From Candidatus Caldarchaeum sp. (GTDB taxonomy: Archaea > Thermoproteota > Nitrososphaeria_A > Caldarchaeales > Caldarchaeaceae), in assembly GCA_038844785.1 (NCBI GenBank), contig JAWBRA010000044.1, positions 1-10,896 on the forward strand: a stretch of DNA of 10,896 nucleotides, given 5' to 3'. The notes below the pieces were generated by a model, which did not search any database, was not told the DNA's origin, and worked only from the letters and a program-made list of their open reading frames with translations. Shown piece after piece: positions 1 to 6,278 of this stretch. Numbering within the stretch: the stretch's first letter is position 1; each line of letters opens with the position of its first letter. The position numbers and the translations under genes were made by a program.

Positions 1-361
1 CCATCAACACTCTAACATCATTCTTTGCACTCTTCGTCTTAATTCCAAGCCTTTCATACATCAGATTGAACAGCGTAAGCCGTCTGAGGTAGAAAACCCT
101 AACACCACGTCGTAAAACCTCTATGAACCCATCTGTAAGCTCTACGGGAACCGTATCCACGTAGAGCTCGTCACCTGCTTCCGCAGGAATATCGGTTATC
201 CGGCGGACTCGGCTGAAGTTTTCGCCATCGATGCTGTAAGCGTGGTAGTTCTCCTCAGTTTTCCTGCCACGTTTCTTGCTAGCAAGCCTATGTACGTCAG
301 CGAAAAACCTTCTTACTCTCCCGAGAGGCTTACAAACCTCTTTTCGGGGACAACTCCCCAT
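1..361 (-). CDS. IS110-family-like recombinase/transposase, N-terminal RuvC-like (DEDD) domain; runs off the left edge of the window
   Basis: Hand translation from ATG at 361 is open for 120 codons: MGSCPRKEVCKPLGRVRRFFADVHRL...GDELYVDTVPVELTDGFIEVLRRGVRVFYLRRLTLFNLMYERLGIKTKSAKNDVRVLM. FFADVH, LYVDT, GVRVFYL and KSAKNDVRVLM line up with IS110 motifs xGxDvxK, vxxEat, GxxVxvv and KTDxxDAxxLA. An SD-like GGAGGGGAGGGGTG lies just upstream. Confidence 0.7.
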   Translation of the reverse strand, partial: MGSCPRKEVCKPLGRVRRFFADVHRLASKKRGRKTEENYHAYSIDGENFSRVRRITDIPAEAGDELYVDTVPVELTDGFIEVLRRGVRVFYLRRLTLFNLMYERLGIKTKSAKNDVRVLM

Positions 362-390
362 CAGCGTACACCCCTCCCCTCCAGACACCT

Positions 391-578
391 GGCCTTGTCG
401 GCTCGAGGCGGCGTCCCAACCCCGAACCGCTCCCCGCCACGTCATATGACTGAGGCCCGGGAGCAGGCCCTCCCTTATCCCTGGGAGCAGGTCCTACAAC
501 CATGTCTCCTGACATGGCTCTCCCGGGAGGCCTAGGACGCCGGAGAACCATTCTCCAGCGGAAGGCCCCCCATCGGGG
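391..578 (-). ncRNA. Putative structured ncRNA upstream of the IS110-like gene (bridge/seek RNA candidate)
   Basis: About 67% GC over 391-570 (hand count). Nested complementary segments: 391-396/562-567, 409-416/535-542, 453-463/520-533 (with bulge), 470-474/483-487, 500-506/511-517, 542-547/551-556, plus palindrome GTCATATGAC at 441-450. Strand is inferred from the downstream gene. Confidence 0.5.
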
Positions 579-758
579 AAAATGTTGTAAGAAGTGTTCG
601 TCGAACACTACTTTGCCCAAAGCAGCAGAACCCATAGTAATCACAGTAGGCTGTTAAAACATGTGGGAAACACCGTAGGTTGTTGCAGTGTCGACAATGA
701 CTCTTGCCTCGACAGTTATCTAAAAATATGGAGCAGTATTACAACAGTTGTCTAAAAC

Positions 759-782
759 TATATAAATGTCAAATAATTGACA
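759..782. promoter_or_regulatory. TATA-like box with adjacent inverted repeat (possible operator)
   Basis: TATATAAA at 759-766 is immediately followed by TGTCAA-ATAA-TTGACA at 767-782. Confidence 0.35.
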
Positions 783-831
783 CAGCATGTTTGTCAGCTC
801 CTGAGCCGCTTTAACTACCTACACACCACCT

Positions 832-1108
832 TTATCCTCCGGCCACTATTATGAATACAACCCTGTCACTATAGGCTTGGTACAGCTTCTCAACTATGTT
901 GCTGCAGTGCGGGCACCACTCTATCAACAGTCCTGCCCATCAGGCTTGAAAGACCTGTTGGTTAAGCCGTTCACGTCAACCACCGTGAGCGTGAAATCCC
1001 GAGTTCTACGTCAGTGTTCTTGACAAGCTTGAAAGGCTGGAGAGAGGTGAGGCCGCTTCCAACGCTGTATGCACGTACAAGCCCTATCCCCACAGGTATC
1101 GTAGCCAT
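832..1108 (-). pseudogene. TlpA/redoxin (thioredoxin-fold CxxC) pseudogene
   Basis: Pieces in different minus frames: MATIPVGIGLVRAYSVGSG... (ATG 1108), RDFTLTVVDVNGLTNRSF (from 1001), and IEWCPHCSNIVEKLYQAYSDRVVFIIVAGG* (WCPHC at 904-918, stop 832-834). This matches the TlpA pattern PDFTL..dG...WCxxC...LY..Y.D.V. Frameshifted and truncated. Confidence 0.75.
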
Positions 1109-1138
1109 GAAGGAAAAATGGTTGCAAGCCTCTATATA
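1106..1138 (-). promoter_or_regulatory. Promoter-like motif, copy 1: TATATA-GAGGCTTGCAAC-CATTTT-N6-ATG
   Basis: 1115-1138 is 21/24 identical to 6201-6224, and both copies have a start codon at the same offset. Confidence 0.55.
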
Positions 1139-1353
1139 TTAACTAACTTTTAAACTCATTGAAGCCTAATCTTGTAAAAATTGTAATCGTTTAGCGGTTT
1201 AAAGCGAAATCCAGTATGTTAAATGCCTTTCAAGCTCATCTAACTCTCAAACCGTATAACTTTAGGCGCTCTTCCGTTAACCCATTTCATCCTGACGACA
1301 GAAATTGTTTGATCTTCCCCTAAAGAGGCACCGTCTATTCTGATGACTACACT

Positions 1354-1581
1354 GTGTCAATGAAAAGAGAATGGAAACATCCTCGCATGAAACTCGGATA
1401 GGGCCCATGGCTTCATCCAAGTGTCAATGAAAAGAGAATGGAAAAGTTTCCGTCAGGCCTCCCATCCCAGTGTTTCACCATGGGAATTTCAACTGTCAAT
1501 GAAAAGAGAATGGAAACAACTTCGTCCAGTTTCTCGGACTGTTCAACGGCCGATAACCCGCCTCGACTGTCAATGAAAGAG
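1354..1581 (+). CRISPR. Orphan CRISPR mini-array, repeat (G/C)TGTCAATGAAAAGAGAATGGAAA(C/A), 25 bp; 3 full repeats, 1 degenerate repeat, 3 spacers
   Basis: Repeats at 1354-1378, 1421-1445 and 1493-1517, partial CTGTCAATGAAAGAG at 1567-1581. Unique spacers of 42, 47 and 49 bp. The GAAAC 3' end and degenerate last repeat indicate + orientation. No cas genes in the window. Confidence 0.88.
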
Positions 1582-1633
1582 TTTCACCCGACATCCTCAA
1601 GCTTGCCGGCAAGCCGGAAAAAAGACCAACGAG

Positions 1634-1759
1634 GGTACTGTCGACTAGGTATTACGCCCCTTCCATCTTGGTTTTGGGCAGTGTGTTGTGTATGAGGGCT
1701 ATGGCTGTGGCTGTGAAGACTAGGGAGGCATAAGCCTCATCGAAAGGGGCTGTAGTCAT
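1634..1759 (-). mobile_element. Possible right-end remnant of an IS6-family element
   Basis: GGTACTGTCGAC at 1634-1645 resembles IS6 terminal inverted repeats (GG[CT][AT]CTGT). The minus-strand peptide ...ASLVFTATAIALIHNTLPKTKMEGA* (stop 1652-1654) ends just inside it and resembles a DDE transposase C-terminal helix. Confidence 0.35.
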
Positions 1760-2140
1760 GGAACCTGAAGAGCCTAGACATACTAATCGAAGGCATGCAT
1801 GAATAGGAGAGCAACATCTCAAGCCATAGGCTTAAGTTGACAATACCGGATACGCTTGCTGAAAGGATCTTAAGCAACTCCACACCAAAGCCATCAGGCC
1901 TCTAACCACCACCGTCTCCTCTACTAGGAAAACGGATACTCTACACTATCCTTGAATCCATCTCCAGACAGATACGTGACTCCCACCCACGAACGGCCTC
2001 AGAGCCCCTAGTCACACCCCTGAAGCTCAAGCCTAGGAAGATAGAGGCCCTACAAGACCAGCGGTTAGGCGTCCCCACCCCCAAAAACAAAAAAACACTA
2101 GGCCAAAGACCTTAAGTTAACAGAGACGTTCTGGAGAAGG

Positions 2141-2269
2141 GTAAGGCCCATGACCTTCTTCACAGACCTAAACTACGTCACGGTCAGGGAGTTCAGAAGC
2201 TTCAGCATAACAGTCCTAGACTACTGGGGTTATAACCATGTCTCCGTAAGCCTTGCCAGCAGTCTTTAA
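2141..2269 (+). pseudogene. IS3/IS481-like DDE (rve integrase core) transposase remnant; degraded upstream part may extend to about 1880
   Basis: VRPMTFFTDLNYVTVREFRSFSITVLDYWG resembles the rve start P....W..DITYi....g..yl..vlD.ys. Frameshifts and stops surround it. Confidence 0.45.
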
Positions 2270-2505
2270 ACATACCCGATAAAGGAGACCATATCGGTGT
2301 TGTTAGGGGGGAGAGGTTTAGGGGAAGATATGACATAACAGCGGGATGGAGGCTGGGGATTCCGAACATGTATAGGCCGTTGTTTCATTTTGAGGCTCAT
2401 GACGGGAGAGAGGTTAGAATAGCTGTTTGGGTTGAGGACAGAATACCATGTTTCAGCTATAAGGAGGATGAGGAGCCTCCGTTTGTTCCTTCAGGTTCGG
2501 CCTAA
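2236..2505 (+). pseudogene. Probable 3' fragment of an unidentified gene (open frame with no start at its 5' end)
   Basis: 90-codon stretch ...NIPDKGDHIGVVRGERFRGRYDITAGWRLGIPNMYRPLFHFEAHDGREVRIAVWVEDRIPCFSYKEDEEPPFVPSGSA*, with protein-like composition. Preceded by an in-frame stop at 2233-2235. Confidence 0.4.
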
Positions 2506-2621
2506 AATGGTATTGTAGTAAGTGTTGTCAAACGTTTATTAACAAAAGTCAACCATCTAATAATGTTGCTTCGTAGAGCGAGACTTTTATTACGGGTTCT
2601 TTAGCTATCTCTGCAAGTATT

Positions 2622-3344
2622 TTAAAAACTTTGGCCGCCTTCCCATATGGGAAGCAGGTCTAGCAGCTGGTTGAGAGATTTGATGACGTAGTCTGGTTTG
2701 ACGGGGCATGTTTTTCCTCCTGAACGGTCTAGTAGAACGGCTGTCATGCCTGCGGCTTTCGCCCCCGCTACATCGTTGACAGGGTCGTCCCCAACCATCA
2801 CACATTCAGATGGCTTGACATCAATCATCTCGGCGGCCAGCAGGAAAGGCCTTGGGCTGGGCTTGGCTTCGGGAATATCGTCACCAGCCACGACGATCAC
2901 TTTGAAGAAGCGGTTGAGGCCCTTCTTTTCCATCCTCATACGTTTCATGCCGTAAAGCCCGTCGGTGTTTGTTACAACTCCGAGGCTGTAGTGTTTGCTG
3001 AGTCTTTCGAGGACTTCGACGGTTTCGGGGAAAACCTCGCCCTTCATGAACTCCTCCCAGTAGGCCAGCGACCAGTTGCGCAACAACCCATCGTCAACCC
3101 TTCCGTCAAACCCCAGCTCCCACAAAACATGCATCCAGATCCTATCCCTGTCGTAGAGGCCCTGCATCTCCAAAACCCTCTCAACATGCTTTACAGTGCT
3201 GAAAACCATGTCCAAGTCCACGGAACCGTTGAGAAACCTAGCTATCTCCCCAGCAACCCTCCTCTGGGCGTGTGGAAGAACGCTCGCCGAGTCAACCAAT
3301 GTGTTGTCGAAGTCGAAGAAAACAGCCTTCAACCCACGCCCCAT
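2622..3344 (-). CDS. HAD-superfamily hydrolase, subfamily IA (phosphatase)
   Basis: Motif I FFDFDNTL, motif II VVTN, motif III EAKP, motif IV MVGDDPVND. Start is likely ATG 3344 (MGRGLKAVFFD); the ORF track extends to 3380. Confidence 0.93.
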   Translation of the reverse strand: MGRGLKAVFFDFDNTLVDSASVLPHAQRRVAGEIARFLNGSVDLDMVFSTVKHVERVLEMQGLYDRDRIWMHVLWELGFDGRVDDGLLRNWSLAYWEEFMKGEVFPETVEVLERLSKHYSLGVVTNTDGLYGMKRMRMEKKGLNRFFKVIVVAGDDIPEAKPSPRPFLLAAEMIDVKPSECVMVGDDPVNDVAGAKAAGMTAVLLDRSGGKTCPVKPDYVIKSLNQLLDLLPIWEGGQSF

Positions 3345-3471
3345 CAAAAAACCTGTAAATATTAACCCTGACGTCTTCATCCAAGCATGCTTCTAGAGAA
3401 AAACCAACACATGTTCTAACTATACGTACGCCATATCTCTTAAATCCAGCGTGTTCGGTGAGGTGGCTGAG

Positions 3472-5988
3472 ATGAGGCCGGCGGTGGCGTTTCTGCTTTT
3501 TTCAGCCGTTTTGTCCGGCTTTATCCTCGGCCAGCTAACCCCCCTCAACACATCGAACAACAAAACCTTTTACTCAACCATAACCGAAACCGTAACAACG
3601 ACTTCTCTAAGCACAACCACGGCAACTGTCAAAACATACCTTACATCAGCTGTGACAACAGCTGTGACAACAACTGTGGTGCGGAGGACGACAGAGACTG
3701 TTAGCCAGCTGGTTCCGCCGTCAGATTTGAGAGTGCAGGCCGCCGACTTTAGACAGATTGTGCTCAGCTGGCGGGACAACTCGGTGGGCGAGGATGGCTT
3801 CGTGATAGAGAGGAGCGAGGACGGTAAGGTCTTCTCAGCCATAGGTAGGACAGCCCCCAACGCTATCAGCTTCGCAGACGCGTCCGTTGAAAGGGAGAAA
3901 ACCTATCTCTACAGGGTAAGAGCCTTTCGTGGAAGCGTTGTAAGCAACGCGTCCAACACCGTCGTGGAAACGGCGACACCATATGGAATCCCTCTCAGCA
4001 ACTACTTCGGCGGCTTGGGAGAGGTTGAAACAGGCATTACTAACGCAGCGAACATGCGTGAGGGCTTTGCAGACATCTTCAACCCCTACTGGAACTGGCA
4101 ACCATGGCCTTCAGGCTCCAAAGGAGCCAGCGTGGAAGCATCCATAGACTTCCAAGAATACGTCTCAGGCGCCGGCAGCCAGAAAATCACTATAAAAAGG
4201 GATAACGAATCAGGCCCGGAAACAAGGCTGATCCTCTCGTCCTACGTTGTCAGGTCGAAAAACCCAAGATACTCGGTCTTCTACCCGCTTCCAGGCGACA
4301 AGGTTGTCTTCAGCTTCCAAGTCAAAACAGGAGAGAAGATTTCAAACATCCAGTATGAGGTTATGCTCTACTTCATTGTCCGCGACAACACGGGCAACGA
4401 GCGTTATCTCTCACCCCTTTACGTGCTGAGGTCGGGGAACTCGACACCATTCTGGACGAAAATCTCGTTCACTGCTGAGGCTCCTGCAAACCTAACGGCT
4501 GCGAGGGTCCTAATAGTTTTCACATGCGTGAGGTCCTGTATGGGAACGTTCTGGCTTGATGATTTTGTTTTGCGCACGGAGCCTGAGAAACGTCTCCCGC
4601 TGGTTGGCAGGGTTGGAAACAACTTCAAGCTTGCTGCAATACATGGGACAGTCGTGATGACCGAGCCTCTGGAGCTGGCTCAGAAATACGACCTGCTGCT
4701 CGGAGGCGGTTACTACAACACATACGTCAAAGGAATAAACCCACAGGTTGTCAGCCTCTACTACTTCAACGACCCGTCTCTCGTCGTCAGCGTTAGAAAC
4801 AGCTCAAACACACCTCCCTGCATGCTTCGCTGGAACGGCAGCAAACCTGTCTACGAGTTCAGACCCTACAGAACAATCTACAAGAAGGTCTTCAGCGAAT
4901 GGTTTCTAAGCTCAGCATCGTCTTCAAAATATCCACGGGAAGACGGCTCCGGATACTACATCGTCAGAGAAAAGTACTGTGAGTTTCTGCTGGACATTGG
5001 CCGCAAGGATGTTGTTGACGCGGCTCTGAAAGGTATTGAAAAGCTTCATGCCTACGCAGGCTATAACAATCCTCTACTGTCGCCCATCCTTTTCCACGAC
5101 AATCTTCCGAACTTCATTTATCTATGGAACATGGATGGGATGCCGCCGTCAAAGTATCCAGACCGCTCCGTAAGAAAGACCGTTTTGGAAAACATGCTCA
5201 GCCGGTTGAAATCAGAGCTTATAGACACGGGTCCTGAACGTAAAATCATAGCGAACATTGGGACGTATAGAGACGAAAGGTTCGAGCTTCTGCTGAGATT
5301 TGACTATGACGGAGTCTTCATCGAATACTTTACACAGATATTCAACAGAACCCATGACGACCAGCTGCTCTACAGACAGTTTCAAGTCCTAAACGCGTAT
5401 CCCGAGGATAGGTTTGTTATCCTAGTAGATGTCGTGCCCGCTGGTTATGTTGAACAATGGAATCAAGACCCGAGGCTTGTCCCTGCAGACGTTCAGAGAC
5501 GGTTCAACTTCGTCATAGCCTCCCTGTATCTCGTCAACAAGCCAAAGACATACGTCACGCTCAGAGGGGGTGAGGGTGAATATACAACACCTTCATACAT
5601 TCTGAAAGATTTCTACATCCCTGTCGGCAGCCCGTTGACAGGTATTGAAGTTGTTGGAGGAGATGAAAGAGGCGCGTTGTTTCTACGTCGTTACAGCAAC
5701 GGAATCGTTCTTCTGAACACTGCAAACGAAAGAACTTTCACATACTTTCTCGCCGAAAGACATCGTGACAGGGCGGGTAACGTGTTTCATGGCTTGATTG
5801 CGATACCGCCTCAGACCGGGTTTGTGCTTTATAGAGATGAGAGCCAGCGTTCTGCAGTTGCGTCAACCAATTTTCCAAACCCGCCGTTCTCAACGTTTGT
5901 TCACTACATGCATATGTTGGGGATGTTTTACATCGCTGTGGAACTTCTCTTCATAACAAAGCTTCTGGACAGTGCTAAAGATGCTTGA
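3472..5988 (+). CDS. Secreted/surface multidomain protein: signal/TM, Thr-rich linker, fibronectin type III, CBM4/9-like beta-sandwich, putative glycoside-hydrolase-like TIM barrel
   Basis: ATG 3472 follows GAGGTG. Hydrophobic N-terminus and a T-rich stretch. FN3 signature PSDL...LSWRDNS..EDGFVIERS...TYLYRVRAF. CBM-like ...GSQKITI...W.K.SFT...FWLDDF. C-terminal half has ILFHDN, YDGVFIEYF and RRYSNGIVLLN, typical of GHL15-like putative glycoside hydrolases. Confidence 0.8.
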   Translation: MRPAVAFLLFSAVLSGFILGQLTPLNTSNNKTFYSTITETVTTTSLSTTTATVKTYLTSAVTTAVTTTVVRRTTETVSQLVPPSDLRVQAADFRQIVLSWRDNSVGEDGFVIERSEDGKVFSAIGRTAPNAISFADASVEREKTYLYRVRAFRGSVVSNASNTVVETATPYGIPLSNYFGGLGEVETGITNAANMREGFADIFNPYWNWQPWPSGSKGASVEASIDFQEYVSGAGSQKITIKRDNESGPETRLILSSYVVRSKNPRYSVFYPLPGDKVVFSFQVKTGEKISNIQYEVMLYFIVRDNTGNERYLSPLYVLRSGNSTPFWTKISFTAEAPANLTAARVLIVFTCVRSCMGTFWLDDFVLRTEPEKRLPLVGRVGNNFKLAAIHGTVVMTEPLELAQKYDLLLGGGYYNTYVKGINPQVVSLYYFNDPSLVVSVRNSSNTPPCMLRWNGSKPVYEFRPYRTIYKKVFSEWFLSSASSSKYPREDGSGYYIVREKYCEFLLDIGRKDVVDAALKGIEKLHAYAGYNNPLLSPILFHDNLPNFIYLWNMDGMPPSKYPDRSVRKTVLENMLSRLKSELIDTGPERKIIANIGTYRDERFELLLRFDYDGVFIEYFTQIFNRTHDDQLLYRQFQVLNAYPEDRFVILVDVVPAGYVEQWNQDPRLVPADVQRRFNFVIASLYLVNKPKTYVTLRGGEGEYTTPSYILKDFYIPVGSPLTGIEVVGGDERGALFLRRYSNGIVLLNTANERTFTYFLAERHRDRAGNVFHGLIAIPPQTGFVLYRDESQRSAVASTNFPNPPFSTFVHYMHMLGMFYIAVELLFITKLLDSAKDA
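3647..3678 (+). repeat. Short in-frame 12-bp tandem repeat CAGCTGTGACAA (about 2.7 copies) encoding the AVTT linker
   Basis: Copies at 3647-3658 and 3659-3670, partial CAACTGTG at 3671-3678. Confidence 0.7.
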
Positions 5989-6194
5989 GATGCAGGAGGC
6001 TTTGTGAACGCCATGACGTACCCGACGAAGCCGATTACGAGGAAAATGAAGAGCGCCACGAGCAGGGCGACCAGCTTGACAGCATCTTCGGGGTTGAGGA
6101 AACTGATTAACCCAGCCCACCAAGCTGTGTAGAAAACCCCGCCGCCGGCGGCGAAGAACATGAGGAAATAGCCGAATAACCTTGCCGTCTTCAC
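5928..6194 (-). CDS. Small two-TM membrane protein, DPM2-like
   Basis: Two hydrophobic segments. FYTAW, FLNPEDAV and GFVGYVMAFTK resemble eukaryotic DPM2 (YYTAW, FLPRAYAV, LFISYVMLKTK; recalled sequence). Start is probably GTG 6194 (alternative ATG 6221). Confidence 0.7.
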   Translation of the reverse strand: MKTARLFGYFLMFFAAGGGVFYTAWWAGLISFLNPEDAVKLVALLVALFIFLVIGFVGYVMAFTKPPASQASLALSRSFVMKRSSTAM

Positions 6195-6224
6195 GTCTTG
6201 AAAACAGTTGCAAGCCTCCATATA
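6192..6224 (-). promoter_or_regulatory. Promoter-like motif, copy 2: TATATG-GAGGCTTGCAAC-TGTTTT-N6-GTG
   Basis: Near-identical to 1106-1138 with the same spacing to the start codon. Lies in the divergent intergenic region next to a regulator gene. Confidence 0.55.
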
Positions 6225-6278
6225 GCTCCGTCCATGAGGGAGCAGGTTTTTAAGCCCTGTTCACGGCTGTTTACAGGC

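Noticed and set aside
452-470. AGGCCCGGGAGCAG as SRP RNA helix 8, or the region as RNase P RNA or tRNA
   Set aside because: Lacks the GGAA tetraloop context of SRP helix 8, the RNase P GAGGAAAGUCC motif, and any cloverleaf.
391-578. TIGR array upstream of a TasR-like gene
   Set aside because: No ~36-nt periodic edge/loop repeats or recurrent box C/D-like motifs; only one 24-nt-spaced duplication.
242-644. ORFs 242..535 (+) and 330..644 (-)
   Set aside because: Pro/Arg/Gly-rich translations typical of GC-rich non-coding DNA. They overlap the better-supported IS110-like gene and structured region.
656-719. Minus-strand ITVEARVIVDTATTY resembling a retropepsin DTG motif
   Set aside because: Lacks the Gly, is very short, and ends in a stop.
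1139-1353. AT-rich stretch as CRISPR leader, or an extra repeat ending GAAAT at 1305
   Set aside because: No TATA close to the first repeat, much of it reads as a minus-strand coding remnant, and similarity to the repeat is limited to GAAA.
1377-1388. Repeat-end/spacer 1 start ACATCCTCGCAT matches 9903-9914 in the radical SAM gene (self-targeting)
   Set aside because: Only 12 nt, two of them from the repeat. The remainder does not align, and such a match is plausible by chance.
1438-1695. 85-aa ORF
   Set aside because: Runs through CRISPR repeats and spacers; spurious.
410-2245. Short matches between the ncRNA candidate and the IS remnant region (410-423 vs 2068-2081, 13/14; 495-509 vs 2231-2245, 14/15)
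   Set aside because: Short, unevenly spaced, and lying in predicted stems rather than guide loops. Cannot be distinguished from chance.
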